Shown here in pieces: positions 47,158 to 61,651 of a stretch of DNA of 64,000 nt. The stretch lies in assembly GCA_030390025.1 (NCBI GenBank), contig CM059432.1, forward strand, positions 46,316,001 through 46,380,000, written 5' to 3'. The position numbers and the translations under genes are program-made. The DNA comes from Squalus acanthias. Its lineage: Eukaryota. The notes beneath the pieces are model-generated. The model saw only the letters and a program-made list of their open reading frames with translations, ran no database searches and was not told the origin of the DNA. The first letter of the stretch is position 1. Every line of letters begins with the position of its first letter.

Positions 47158-50100
47158 ATTTGACTACATAGAATATAAGCCTGGAAAACATACTGCTTAT
47201 TCAGCACTCCTATTCATTACTAGTATGGAATTATAGAAGCTTCTTTATTAGCACCGCTCTTGTCTTTCTGCAGGAGCATAATTAGTTGTATATAAGTGTG
47301 CATGGAGACATATTCAAACTAAACTGTATTAATCAGGATGTTAGCACTAAGAATACTGCGATACGGTCTTTTCTTCAAGCTCTGTAAATGGCACACTCAA
47401 CAGCATTAATTCAAATATCAGTGGTCCTGACACCAAAAACAGCAAGCATGGCAAAACCTTTTTGACTTATTTTTTACTTCAGTGGTTTATCTGATTTATA
47501 ATCTCATTAAGATAAATCTGGTATATGATGTAAAATATAGATTGTCGCCATGCAATTCTTGTACAATTCCTATAACTATAAATTGGGTACATATTTAGGC
47601 TCTGATAAGATGTCTCATATTTCACTGGACTGACTGGTAATATTAAAGCATTTAAAGTTGGATCATACCTTCAGGCGTTAATCTCAAACATAACTGACTG
47701 AAAATGAACTTGGGTGAAATAGACGTAAAGTAGAAAGACCACTTTCGTGGGAAATTGAGATAGAATATCACTCTTGGGATGATAGTCAATCTAGAAATCC
47801 ATCCGAATGTGTTCTTGAAAGGGGAACATGCATTGTAGCAATTATAACACATCAAAAGGTATATTTTCCCGCAAAATAGCTTATTATGATTAACTATCCA
47901 TAAACGTATAGTAATCTGGAGGGAAGTATAGCCCTAGTCTATGTGTAATGAAATTGTAAATGCTTTAAGTGCATTTATGATGTTGCTACTCAGAGTCTGA
48001 AGCAATTTTTCCTCCTTGATTATTACACTTAACGATGGTGGAGATAACCCTTTCGCATTCATACTATTGAAGAATTTCAATTATTTTCACTCTCAGTTTG
48101 AATTGCTTTGAGTGAAAAACAGGCACCATAATGGGAGTTGTTCAAGTTATTGCTTCTGCAAGTGAAAAATAGGATTGGATAGGATTATTCTAAAGACCGC
48201 TTCAGTGCCATTTTGTTCTGACTATTTTTCTAAATTGTTGGTTAATTTGTGTTCATTAGATGGAGCAGAATGTTCGTGCTGAGGAATGGATTCCCCACCC
48301 CACCCCCCTCTAAAATGTACCCAGTGTCAATATTGGGCAGTCCCAGATCAGGTACATATGGAATGGATACAAAGTAAATCTCCCTGGACTCTGCTTACAA
48401 CAGTATACCTTAACCTCAGAAAAGCGCTTCCCGTTCTTTGCCGCCATTGCGTTAGTGTGAATATTTCTATTTGACACAGCAGCCATCCTCATTAGGTGGT
48501 ATGAATTCGCTCCCACTCTAAACTAGGCTGAGACTGTTAAAATACACACATAAGAGTCTTACAGCCATCTGAGGAAGCTTTCATTTCAACAGCTCGAGCT
48601 AGATTCAAACCAGGTTCCATGAGTGAAAAAACCTATTGCACTGCCTAGTATCCATGGTTATTATCTTTAATTTTTGGAGTCATTGGATGGAGTCTTTTCA
48701 ATTGAGTATTTCTGTTTTTTTTATAAACCAATGTTACATTTTCTGAATTTCATTCATTCTACTTGGAGAGTTTGCGGAAGTGTCAAATGAAACTAGTGCT
48801 GCAAGTGTTAGTTTCATAGGCATTGAGATCTAAGTAGTCAGATACAATTACAATTGGGGCTCATTGTTACCATGAAGATACATTCATGGCCTGATTGTTC
48901 ACTAATTTTACTTTATAGACCAAGAGGCCTTTAAAGCTTTTAAAGTATGCAAAGCTACCTTTTCAGACAAACCTTAGTCAAGATCATTTTTTTACATGTT
49001 TCTAATTATCAATACTGCCAAGAAGAATTTGAGGAATATGACAAACTACAGGATATTCCTAATTCAGTGTATTCTTGGTTCAAGCTGGTGATTTTGAGCT
49101 TCACAGAAATGCTACTGCGGTTCTCAAAGAATGAAGGCAATGTTTGGGTTTAAGCAATGATATGTATCATAAATTGAACCACGCTTTCCTATTTGAGTGC
49201 TCTCTTCAGTGGCTCAGGTAGTTTTTCAGTTGAGGCCTGTGTGAAAGCAGCAGTGCATGATCCATGAAGAGGTGAGGACCCAGTAAATAGATTTTCAGAG
49301 GGAAATGCTGTTATTGAGGATGAAATTGAATTATCAATATAGAATGGAGAGCCAAAAAGGTTTCTAGGAGGGCTATGATCCTATCAGAGATAAATCAAAC
49401 CCAATAGAAATCATTTTATTGTTTAAAGATGTTGTAACTGATTTTAAAATGTTCATGTTGAAAATAAGTTGCTTTGTTTATTTCTACCCAGATGTGTATG
49501 TAGTCACAGCCTAGAACTGGATTGTGGCAGAATAATAGACAGGTTGTTACAATCACTAGCAGGCTCCAGAGTATCGATGGTGCAGAGTTATGGGACTGCT
49601 GTAAGTCTGAAATGTTAATAGCTAATTTCAGTGGTTAGCCCACACAGTATTAAAATATTGTAAGTGTTGGAGTAGTTGCAATTCATAATGCCTGGGGGCT
49701 CAGTACTGAAGGAACTCCAACTCTGACACACCAGCCGTCATATTAGCTTTAGCACTATTACATTTTTAAATAGCACAGCATTCTTTTAAGCACTTTATTA
49801 TGCCTTGACTACTGTCACTACTGCCAGTTACCTCTGGATTAACTGCAGCTTCTGTCAGACAGATCACTTAGCATTTGAGAGACCACTAGCCTTTCTGCTG
49901 GTGCTACAGATTATTCATTGCAGTCTGTTGCTTTCTTGTAGTGAAAACTAATTCATTTTAAGTGACCAAATTTTAGCCAGTCAAGATTCTAGCCCCAGAG
50001 TATGATAATACTCTATAAAACTAAATGTAATACAATCACACCTCACTTGAGTAGTGGTCATTGCCTGAAGCACATGCTCAATTTCTGAAGGAGGACAGTT

Positions 50101-51000
50101 CAGCTTGATTAGGGATGGCATAAAATGCAAGCTGTCGTGATGTCATATTGGACTCATCCATGGTTTGTGGGGGTGTTATAGGAATGAATCATTATGTGGT
50201 TAACAGGTTAAATAAATAATGGAATTGAATTCCAAAGACTGAAACTGAATAACAGTAATGGACTGTGTGTGTACTGCCCCTTCCAATTGAGGATAGTCTG
50301 GATGATTAACGAACTAGACCTTTGGTCTTGTCCTTCAGTTGTTCGGCCCGTGCTCAGTTTGGCAGACAGTATGCAGGCATGTCCATTAGTGTTTAAATAA
50401 TTGCTGCCCAACAAAATAAAGCATTGCTCCTGATAGGAGCCACAGAATTGAAATTAAAAACTATCATTCATACCAGTGAAATATCACTTAAAGTGTGAAT
50501 GTTTTCTTGTAAGATGCTCTTTTAAGACAAATCTCCTTTGTGAAATACAGTGCTCCTGGTGATATCAGCACCCTATCTAATGCACATGTAAGGTCATTTT
50601 GATCATGTATTTGAAAGAAAGGTCCTTAAAGTCAAAGCACTAGCAGAAGGATCACAATGCAGCAGTAGACTACTAATATGTAGAATTAATTCATCTCTGG
50701 CACCATAAACATTTCCCAGCAATAATCATGGCTCTTTTATGGTGCATACTGTGCCTCATTCTCTAAGGCGTGAGCTTGCCCATAACCCTCCATAAGAAGG
50801 CAACATATCTTATTTATTCATGGGGCTGTGTGTCATATTTTCATTCAAATTCAAAGCAAGGCAAATTTGGGTCTGTTTGGATTTTTCCTGTTTCTCCTCA
50901 AATTCAAACTTGAATAATATGCATAACCCACTGCGGTAAGAATAGCCTCCGATTTTTTGATCACATGGCTTGGGTCTCGAAGAACTGAAGCTATATTTTA

Positions 51001-51423
51001 GGTGTCAGCTGTGGCTCAGTTGGTAGCACTCTCACCTCTGAGTCAGAAGGTTGTGGGTTCAAGTCCCACTCCGGAGATAAAAATCTAGGCTAACGCTCCA
51101 GTGCAGTGCTGAGGGAGCGCTGCACTGTCAGAGGTGCTGTCTTTTGGATGAGATGTTAAACCGAGACCCTGTCTGGTCTCTCAGGTGGATGTAAAAGATC
51201 CCACGGCACTATTTTGAGGAAGAGCGGGGGAGTTACCCCCGGTGTCCTGGCCAAGATTTTTCCCTCAATCAACATCACTAAAAAAACAGATTATCTGGTA
51301 ATTATCACATTGCTGTTTGTAGGACCTTGCTGTGTGCAAATTGGCTGCCGCGTTTCCTAATTTACAACAGTGACTACACTTCAAAAGTATTTCATTGGCT
51401 GTAAAGCGCTGTGGGACATCCTG
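51001..51423 (+). mobile_element. Near full-length Deu-domain SINE (SacSINE1-like)
   Basis: A box tggctcagttgg, B box ggttcaagtcc, Deu-type core ...aaattggctgccgcgtttcc...cagtgactacacttcaaaagt... Confidence 0.9.
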
Positions 51424-51686
51424 TGTTCGTGATTGCATGTCTTTCCTTCTTTTAACTGAAGTTGGGGATGGTAAGAAGCTAGTAAAAATAGCCCTAACTA
51501 GACAGTCACTTGTGACATTGCACACAGAGAGTCAGGACCATGTGTCATATTCAGGTCAAGTAGTGTCAGAACCTGGGGATATTTGGACCAAAACATGCTG
51601 ATGCAATTCAGTATCCATTTTAAAGACAAGCATTCTGTCCTTATTTTTATATTTCCATTCTGAATTCTTATGTCCACATTTAAGAT

Positions 51687-51770
51687 ACAGATCATCTATG
51701 ATCTCATTGACTGGCGAACAGGCTTGAGGGGATGAATAGCCTACTCCTGTTCCAACGTTCCTATGTTCCT
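51687..51770 (+). mobile_element. CR1 3' tail fragment
   Basis: cagatcatctatgatctcattg...gcctactcctgttcc...cctatgttcc. Confidence 0.75.
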
Positions 51771-52262
51771 ACCACCTCCTCATTCCCATCACTAACCCTA
51801 CTCCTTTCTTTTTGAACTGCCCACTCAACCCCTGTATCTTTCCTCCCCTTGCTCTGCTGTCACTCATTTCACCCTTAACTCTACATCCACTCCCCGAATT
51901 CCCATTCATTCCTCCCAAGGGCAGGTGGCAACAGGCCAAAGACCCACTTTTGCTCCTCCCATCTGCCTCATACTCTCCTTTCCAATCCACTGTTACAAAT
52001 ATATGAAAGTACAATAAAAGCCCATTTAGCATGTCAAGCCCATTGATTCCACAATTATATATATATATATATATATCTCCATCTTGACATTGCTTCAGTG
52101 GGCTATCATGGTGCAACGAAATGAGAATTCTGTACAAAACATCTGTTCCTAAGCTGCCTTTAACCAACACTAGTTGTAAAGTATAAAGCAAGGACATCTG
52201 AGATATTAGTAACAGTACAGATATATTACCTTGGATTTCCTTGGAGCTTCTCCTGCACAATC

Positions 52263-54746
52263 TTTTTTTTTTATTCATTCCTGGGATGTTGGCGTCACTG
52301 GCATCACTAACTGCCCTTGAGAAGGTGGTGGTGAGCCGCCTTCTTGACTGCTGCAGTCCGCGTGGCGAAGTTTTTCCCACAGTGCTGAGGGAGTTCCAGG
52401 ATTTTGACCCAGCGACTATGAAGGAACTGCGATATATTTCCAAGTCAGGATGGTGTGTGACTTGGAGGGGAACTTGGAGGTGATGGTGTTCCCATGCGCC
52501 TGCTGCCCTTATCCTTCTAGGTGGTAGAGGTCGCGGGTTTGGGAGATGCTGTCGAAGAAGCCTTGGTAAATTGCTGCAGTGCATCTTGTAGATGGTACAC
52601 CCTGCAGCTATGGTGCTCTAGTGTTGGAGGGAGTGAATGTTTAAGGTGGTGAATGGGGTACCGATCAAGCGGGCTGCTTTGTCCTGGATGGTGTCGAGCT
52701 TCTTGAGTGTTGGTGGAGCTGCACTCATCCAGGCAAGTGTAGAATATTCCATCACACTCCTGACTTGTGCCTTGTAGATGGTGGAAAGGCTTTGGGGAGT
52801 CAGGCGGTGAGACACTCGCCGCAGAATATCCAGCCTCTGACCTGCTCTTGTTGCCACAGTATTTATGTGGCTGGTCCAGTTAAGTTTCTGGTCAATGGTG
52901 AGCCCCAGGATGTTGATGTTGGGGGATTCGGCGATGGTAATGCCGTTGAATGTCAAGGAGCGGTGGTTAGATTCTCTCTTGTTGGAGATAGACATTGCCT
53001 GGCACTTGTGTGGTGTGAATGTTACTTGCCACTTATCAGCCCAAGCCTGATTGTCATACAGGTCTTGCTGTATGTGGGCATAGACTGCTTCATTATCTGA
53101 GGAGTTGCGAATGGAACTGAACACTGTGCAAACAACAGCGAACACCCCCACTTCTGACCTTATGATGGATGGAAGGTCATTGATGAAGCAGCTGAAGATG
53201 GTTAATCCTAGGGCACTGCCCTGAGGAGCTCCTGCAGCGATGTCCTGGGGTTGATGATTGGCCTCCAAAAACCACAACCATCTTCCTTTGTGCTAGGTAT
53301 GACTCCAGCCAGTGGAGAGTCTTTCCCCTGATTCCCATTGACTTCAATTTTACTAGGGCTCCTTGATGCCACACTTGGTTAAATGATGCCTTGATGTCAA
53401 GGGCAGTCACTCTCACCTCACCTCTGGAATTCAGCTCTTTTGCCCATGTTTGGACCAAAGCTGTAATGAGGTCTGGAGCCAAGTGGTCCTGGTGGAACCC
53501 AAACTGAGCATCGGTGAGCAAGTTATTGGTGTGTAAGTGCCGCTTGATAGCACTGTCGACAACACCTTCCATCACTTTGCTGATGATTGAGAGTAGACTG
53601 ATGGGGCAGTAATTGGCCGGATTGGATTTGTCCTGTTTTTTTGTGGACAGGACATACTTGGGCAGTTTTCCACATTGTCGGATAGATGCCAGTGTTGTAA
53701 CTGTACTGGAACAGCTTGGCCAGAGGTGCGGCTAGTTCTGGAGCACAAGTCTTCAGCACGACAGCCAGGATATTGTCGGGGCCCATAGCATTTGCTGTAT
53801 CCAGTGCGCTCAGCCGTTTCTGGATATCACGTGGAGTGAATCGAATTGGCTGAAGACTGACTTCTGTGATGACGGGGGCGTCAAGAGGAGGCCGAGATGG
53901 ATCATCCACCCGGCACTTCTGGCTGAAGATGGTTGCAAATGCTTCAGCCTTGTCTTTTTCACTCGCATGCTGGGCTCTGCCATCATTGAGGATGTGGATG
54001 TTTATGGAGACTCCTTCTCCTGTCAGTTGCTTAATGGTCCACCACCATTCACGACTGGATGTGGCAGGACTGCAGGGCTTTGATCTGATCTGTTGGTTGT
54101 GGGATCGCTTAACTCTGTCTATAGCATGCTGTTTCCATTGTTTATCATGCATCTAGTCCTGTGTTGCAGCTTCCCCAAGTTGACACCTCATTTTTAGATA
54201 TGCCTGGTGCTGCTCCTGGCATGCTCTTCTGCACGCCTCATTGAACCAGGGTTGGTCCCCTGGCTTGATGGTAATGGTAGAGTGAGGGATATGCCGGGCC
54301 ATGAGGTTACAGATAGTGGTGGAATACAATTCTGCTGCTGCTGATGGCCCACAGCACCTCATGGATGCCCAGTTTTGGGCTGCTAGATCTGTTCTGAATC
54401 TATCCCATTTGGCACGGTGGTAGTGCCACACAACACGATGGAGGGTGTCCTCAGTGTGAAGACAGGACTTCGTCTCCACAAGTACTGTGCGGTGGCTACT
54501 GCTACCAATACTGTCATGGACAGATGCATCTGCGACAGGTAGTTTCGTGAGGATGAGGTCAAGTAGGATTTCCCCTTGTGTTGGTTCTCTCACCACCTGC
54601 TGCAGGCCCAGTCTGGCAGCTATGTCTTTCAGGACTTGGCCAGCTCGGTCAGTAGTGGTGATACCGAGCCACTCTTGGTGATGGACATTGAAGTCCCCCA
54701 CCCAGAGTACATTCTGTGCCCTTGCTACTCTCAGTGCTTCTTCCAG
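52263..54746 (-). mobile_element. CR1-group LINE family B, 2.5 kb, from the APE endonuclease C-terminal half through RT to poly-A
   Basis: WVGDFNVHHQEWLG, LDLILT (APE); ALDIKASFNQVWH, PQGSALG...FINDL (RT); frameshifted. Confidence 0.92.
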
Positions 54747-54789
54747 TAGAGGTTTGGTGGAAACCACATTTATGTGCTACAAACTCTGT

Positions 54790-55552
54790 TGCCTAGCCAC
54801 CAACTTCATCCCTCTCTCTGGCAACTGTCTGAGGCTGAACCAGACTGTTCGCAAACTTGGTGTCATATTTGACTCCGAGATGAAGGTCTGACCCCATATC
54901 CGCTCCATCACCAAGACTGCCTATTTCGACCTCTGTAACATTGCTCGACTGCACCTGCCTCAGCTCATCTGCTGCTGAAATGCTCATCCATGCCTTTGTT
55001 ACCTGTAGACTTGACTATTCCAATGCTCTTCTGGCTGGCCTTCCATCCTACATAATCTTGAGCTCATCCAAAGCTCTGGTGCCCGTATCCTAACTCGCAT
55101 CAAGACCCGTTTACCCATCACCTCTGTGCTCACTGACCTACATTGGATCCCGGTCCGGCAATGCATCAATTTTAAATTCTCATCCTTGTTTTAAAATCCC
55201 TTCATGGCCTTGCCCCTCCCTATCTCCGTAACCTCCTCCAGGCCTACAACACTTCGTCATCTCTGCGCTTCTCCAATTCTGGCCTCTTGCGCATCCATGA
55301 TTTTAATTGCTCCATCATTGGTGGCCGTGCCTTCTGTTGCCTAGGCCCTAAGCTCTGGAATTCCCTGCCTAAACCTCTCCGCCTCTCCACCTCTATCGCC
55401 TCCTTAAAACCTATCTTTTTGACCAAGCGTTTGGTCATCTGTCCTAATATCTCCTATGTGGCTCGGTGTCAAATTTTGTTAACGGTTCTGTGAAGTGCCT
55501 TGGGATGTTTTAGTACATTAAAGGTGCTGTGTAAATGCAAGCTGTTGTTGTT
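54790..55552 (+). mobile_element. L2 LINE 3' fragment
   Basis: Collinear with 28170-28966; tail gtaaatgcaagctgttgttgtt. Confidence 0.88.
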
Positions 55553-56434
55553 TAAACAGGGTTTCCACCAAATTTGCACCAAAGTTATGGCAGCTGATTT
55601 CTTGAATTACAAGTTTCATGAGAAAGAGTAATACCAAAGGGCATTTTGAGCGAGCAGGAGAGTGGAGTTAGACTAAGTGACTCATGAAGAAAAGTTTAGA
55701 TTTGAAGGGCCAAATGGCTATAACTGTGCTGTAACTTGCTATGATTTTAACTGCTACCCTGGCTGAGATCAGAAATTTAGTACAGACTGAGAACTGAAGC
55801 AGGACCCTTCTGCTCTGTGCCACCGAAAATAGTGTCTTTATCCATTTGGCCATCAGCAAAGCTAATTGCTTCCTCTTTGGTAAGTTGGCAGAGGGTACAG
55901 CAATTTTAACTTGCTGATTCCTTGCAATATGCTGTTCTGTATAATTGGTAGTCTGAAACGCCAAACTCCTTCCGCAGTAACAATTGGGAGCCTTAGAGTT
56001 TGTAAAACTAGACAATAAATAGCTGAATAATCCAGAAATGTAGTTTTAACCCTGTGTTGTACGATAATAGAAATGGAATCTATTTCACCATTGTGTATTT
56101 TGCTGTCTGAGTTTTGATGTACAAGCTCTTTTCTTTCACTGCTGCCACTGGATGTAACCAATATATACAACACATAGCCCATAGGCTGAATCTATTGAAC
56201 TACACATTTAGGGCTGGCCCAGCAAGATGACATCAAATTTGTGGAAGTTCACAGCAATTTTCATTGTAGCTTTCTTTCTTCAATGCAGCGTGTCTTTCCT
56301 GCAATTCTGCTGGGATCCCCACTAGGGAACTCACATGTCATCAGGCATTGTCCATGAGGCAGAATATAAACCAAAGCAATTTCCCATGTGTATTTGAATA
56401 TGAAATAAAGAATTTGTGCATTAATGAGAAAATT

Positions 56435-56580
56435 GCTAGACGGGTTCATTAGAGATACTCTGTATGACCACCTAGAGAGAGAAAGGGTTATTAGATACTC
56501 TCATCATGGCTTGCTGGAAAAGAAGATTATATCTTAACACTCTAACTGGACTTTTTGAGGAAATTACTAGTTTTATTGAT
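56435..56580 (+). mobile_element. Highly decayed CR1 RT fragment
   Basis: attagagat...cacctagag...catcatggcttg...ctaactggactttttgaggaaattac resembles IRD..HLE..HGF..NL.FFEE. Confidence 0.5.
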
Positions 56581-58839
56581 GTAACAACAATCATTGCACT
56601 TCAAAGCACTGTCAGATGATTCTGAGAGACATGAAAAGGCACTTTATATATACATATCTTTATTTGCTGGGCAGGCCTTGAGACACAACAAGACATTATA
56701 TAAACAGAAATCATTTTTTTCTCATTTCTGTTGGAGCTTTGCTTTCGGAGCTGTGACTTGTGTTACCGCTGACATTGTGGCCAGTGTATTTTCTGTGTGG
56801 CTCTGCATTATGTGACAAGAATAAAGAGTATTTTACATTGTGACGCTGAAGTAGAGTTAGAATTAATTCAGCTGGTAGGAAGGACGAGTTTTAAAGGAAA
56901 ACTACCCACTGTTTTACAGACATATATATTAGCGTAAAGGTTCCCAGTCAGGGCAGATGATGATGCACCACACCTGCCACCAGTGCATGTCGATTCTGAT
57001 ACGCACATGTGATGGTTGAGGTATCTGTCCATCAACCTGGACTCTCAAAATATAACCAGGACACCCTAATCACTACCAGTTCCCTACTGTCAAATTCACT
57101 AGCATGCTCTGAAAGGATAAAGTTTGGAAAGAAAAATCACCTGTGTGTTTCAATATGTATAGTGAAAATACGACCTCAACAGAATTGAATAAATTGAAAC
57201 AGGCCCTAGGGTTGGAGAGGGTGTGTGTTAACAATTTTTCCGACAATAAGCACAACTTATGCCATCACTAACCAGCAGATATTAGCACCTCGGTATCCCA
57301 GCTAAATCTGAACTGGATTGTTGTGGCAGAGAAGGACATGTCTTTTATTATTCAAGACAACCTTGGCATTGGCCCATTGCCTTCTGTTTGGTCTCTATAC
57401 AATGCTGAGCTGTGCTGAATTATTTAAACACATCGGGGGGGAAACAAATCGCACCAGAGGTCCAAGGAGTAATTGAAGAGAGCCCCAGGATGACGTCATA
57501 AAGACTTGACTGGTGTCAGGTTCTCGACGATCTCATCTGTTTAGTCCGCATGTTGTGGCTCCAGTATGAATGTGGATGTTTTCTGATATTATCAGCACAG
57601 CGCTGTGAGCAAAATGGTTTATGGATTGCAAAGTTTCGTACAAAATCCCTTTCCTGGTGTTTCTGTGCATTTGTCACTTTAATAGTGCCATGGAAAGTTA
57701 ACCAGTTTTCCATTGCAATTTCAGATTTTTTTCTGACTAAGAATTTGTTTTCCGCAAAGATTAAATGCATAACCATGCAGGGAAGACAGTAAATAAAGAA
57801 AAAAGTAATATTACAGTCCCTAGATGCTTATAATAAAAGAAAAGGCAAATGTCACAGTATATGTACCGAGAGTCATGTTCAAAGGAAACATAAAAGTTCC
57901 CGGATGCTTTGGCATAGGCAGCATGGCCTGGTCTTTGTCACTCAGTGTTTCTCTTTCAGGACCACTGTTGCTTGGCATCTTTAGCAGATGAAACCATTGG
58001 ACAAAGGGTAAATTGGATGATTGTGCGTCAGGAGTTAATATCAGGAAAATCAAATGCACACAGTCCCCGAATTTCATGGATTTTCCGCTGTGAACTCAAG
58101 CAGCCTCTTCTCTGCTCTAGGAGCATACATTTGGAAAATTTAACCATTGGTGCAGCTGTTGCTCTTAGTCTCATGTCCAAGCTGTTTTACTAGTACTACA
58201 TAGCCCTTTCCAACTTGGTTTGAACTATATTATTGATGCTGCTCTGAGTGGCGGGGTTTTTATTTTGGTGAATTTTGTGCTCAACAATTTGAGGGATTTT
58301 TGCACTGGGAAATGGAGCACTTTCCCATTTCAGGTACCCAGCATCAGCGCTTAACCCAGCTAGATGCAGAATAAAGCTTCTTCTACTCCACCTCAACAAT
58401 GTGCCTCAGCCCTAGCCTCAGAAGGGCATCCCTATTGCACCAGTGCGATAGTTTCAATTTCCCACACCGACCGTCCTTCCGCTCTCAGTGAGACTGCTGA
58501 TTTAAGGGTAAAAATTCCAAATGTGCTGCTCCATGGTGTGTGCTGGGAGTACGTGTCGCAAAAATGTGCTCTTGCAACTGGAGATTTTCCGTCCATTAAG
58601 TTGATGGATGAAAAATTGAGGGCTGGGAGTGTCTAGTGTTGTGTATGTGCTCCCAGCATATCACAATTTGGGGGCCTTGATACAGTGTTTTAATTAGCAG
58701 TGAGTCCTGTCAGTTCTTCAAATAGCACTTAACCTTCTACAGTGTTGATAGTCTCTTTTGGATTGTTCGATGTACTGGTAGTTTATACTGTCTGTGTAGT
58801 TATTTAGGTCTGGAAATTGAATTTATATTCCCACACTCG

Positions 58840-59009
58840 GGTAATTTTGACTTTTGGCGATAGTGTACAACGGGCAATATCGGCTTGGCCACCCATTAAA
58901 CACCTCTCCCGAAGTTTGTTTCCATGGAAACTAAAATCAGGAGAGGTGTTTAACGGGTGGGCGAGACGAAATTCCGCGTTTTCCACTATTGACAAAAGTC
59001 TAAATTACC
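58840..59009. mobile_element. Small fold-back MITE (~170 bp)
   Basis: ggtaattttgacttttggcgatagtg / cactattgacaaaagtctaaattacc imperfect 26-bp inverted ends. Confidence 0.7.
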
Positions 59010-59734
59010 GCCCCTGCTCAGTGTCAGTAATTCATAATTTTTTCTGATTTCAGTGCCCGCAACATCATGAAATAGTTAATTTTTAAAACTACTTGGAATA
59101 CTGAATGCCTCCCAGTGAAATGTGGTTTTCATTTCCATTCATGAGACTGACTACAATTCACTTGTGTGTTTTCAGTATCCTCTACAGACCATGTGCCTGG
59201 CTGTTGTAGACAGAAGGATGAAAAATTATACTCATGGCTATTGAGCACTATTTTGAAATTAAGTTTTTTTTTGCAGGGGAGTAAGACTGATTGAAACCTA
59301 TGATTCATTTTTATTCCCCTGTTTTGTCTCCCCAACGGTCTCCCGCATCAGAACATTTTATCCTGCAGCCCAAGGCTCGACCAATCCATTCACTTCTCTC
59401 CAGCCATCATGAATTTAACTCAGCAAATTCAAGTGGATCACACTGCTCTAAATTAGACTCCTCACATTTGTGTGCTCTACTTGGCCTTCAATCTTTTAAT
59501 TTCACATGCTTTCCTACACATTACCTGTACTTCTGTAAAAATATGTCTGTAACAGAGAGGCTGAATTAAATCAATGGCGGTGGGAACTAGGTTTAATTTG
59601 TCTGCTCTAGTAATGGTGTTTAAAAAGGGTACAAAAGTTATATTCACTGAGCTGTAACCTCTTTGAATTAGTTCTCTGCAAGACCCTGATGATTGCACTC
59701 GTGTTACGGCTCATCAAGGACCACTAATGAGTCA

Positions 59735-61133
59735 ATGATCCTGATATTTACGGGGAGGCAGGGAGGGAGTGGGGGGAAGTGCGTTTGTGGGGGGGATTCA
59801 CGGAAATCCCGAGAGCGCCGAGGTCCTGCCGAATTTAATGACAGGACCTCATTTTCATTTTTTTGACCCCGTTATCTTTTCGACAGCCGGGCAGATTGAC
59901 GGGCTTTTCTACACAGGCTATCGGGCGCGAAAGCCACTGGTAGAAGGCCGCAGCCGGGGACCGTTGGGGACGGTCCCCAGAATCCGGGAAAGATCAGAGG
60001 TTGGTGGGGGGAGAAAGATTGTCAATCTGGAGGGAGGGGGGTCCGGGAGAGATCGCGAGGCGGAAGACAAAGATAAAGAAAGACTTGCATTTTATATAGC
60101 GCCTTTCACGACCACCGGATGTCCCAAAGTGCTTTGCAGCCAATTAAGTACTATTTTTGAAGTGTAGTCACTGTTGTAACGTAGGAAACACGGCAGCCAA
60201 TTTGTGCATAGCAAGCTCCCACAAACAGCAATGTGATAATGGCCAGATAATCTGTTTTAGTGATGTTGATTGAGGGATAAATATTGGCTAGGACACCGGG
60301 GATAACTCCCCTGCTCTTCTTCAAAATAGTGCCATGGGATCTTTTACGTCCTCCTGAGAGAGCAGATGGGGCCTTGGTTTAACGTCTCATCCGAAAGACG
60401 GCACCTCTGACAGTGCAGTACTCCCTCAGTACTGCACTGGAGTGTCAGCCTAGATTTTTGTGCTCAAGTCTCTGGAGCAGGACTTGAACCCACAACCTTC
60501 TGAGGCAAGGGTGCTACCAACTGAGCCATGGCTGACTCATAGAAGGGGGGGAGGTGAACTGGAAATCGGGAGAGAGAGATCACAGGGCAGAGGGTGGGGA
60601 GGGGGGGGGGGGGGGGGGGGGGTCAGACCAGCAATCGGACGTAGGGAGAACTGGGAGAGTTCTTGGGACAGAAGGACCAGGATTGTGGGCTTGGCGGGGT
60701 GGTGGGGAGGGGTGAGTGGGAGGTCGGCCGATCGCAGCAGAAGATTTGCTTGAAGGGAGGGGATATAGCTCTCCTGCTCCTCCTGGCTCACAAGCAGTGT
60801 TATTAAAAAGCACTTACCTGCTTGATCCGGCTGCTCCCGTCTCCAGTTAGCTGCTGGGTTTCCCAAGCCCTGGGAAATCTGGCCGGCAACCATTACATTT
60901 AAATCAGGCTCCCAACTGCACTGTGGGAGTCTGATTTAAATATTATAATAAGGTGTCCCGCCTCTCTAGAGCAGAGCACAGACACGCCACGCAACCAGCC
61001 ACCGTAAAAATGGCGTCAGGCACGTACGCAGTGGGTCGGGGCCACCATAAGCGATTCTTTTTTTATTTTTTACGCTTCCCCCCCCTCTACCCGACCCTCT
61101 TCCACCCGTTGTGGTGATGTTAGAATTCCCCCC
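59735..61133. mobile_element. GC-rich Harbinger-type non-autonomous element containing a SINE
   Basis: Right end agaattccccccc, degenerate left end, GC-rich subtermini; boundaries approximate. Confidence 0.45.
60073..60537 (-). mobile_element. Full-length Deu-domain SINE
   Basis: Tail aaagaaagacttgcatttt...; head ggacttgaacccacaaccttctga...gctaccaactgagccatggctgac. Confidence 0.92.
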
Positions 61134-61651
61134 AATAGATCAGTCCTGTGTATTTTCCTTAATGTGAATTTGCTGCCTTTTAAACTGCGTCACCTGCATT
61201 CATAGCTAGGTGGACTTCCCAAAGGAAACTTCATTTAAAGAAAGATTATCTTCATGAACAGATCATTTGAGAAATCTTTTGTCAGTCTGTTTATAAACAC
61301 ACAATGAGTAATGTAAATCGCATTGAAAAATATCGGACCACACTCACATGACACAGTCACGGCAAAAATGAGGCATGACTTTCTGAGTCGTCTTCCCAAA
61401 ATTATTAGCCTAACATTTCCATGAGGTGGATGCCCCTTTAATAAAGTACCTTTATAAAATGTGTCTGCCAGCCTTTGAATTCTTGTTTCTTATTGTAGTA
61501 CCTAGAGAAGAGTTAAAGGACAGTTACAGTTTTACTTGAAAACACACTGGGAAGCCATTTCTTCCTTTTGCATGAACACATGATGTGCAGCTTTATTTTT
61601 TTTTTCAATACTCAGGCAAAATAAATCACTTGAAAAAACAATGGTCCCAAC

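Noticed and set aside
51001..51075. tRNA gene
   Set aside because: A/B boxes continue straight into SINE body; no closed acceptor stem or terminator. The same applies at 21790-21860, 29195-29260 and 60480-60537.
57960..58007. Possible 48-nt phase-0 exon 2 (DHCCLASLADETIGQR) of the 32214 gene
   Set aside because: The acceptor is good and the phase compatible, but the donor (gtaaat) is weak and the peptide is unrecognisable; expected by chance in 30 kb.
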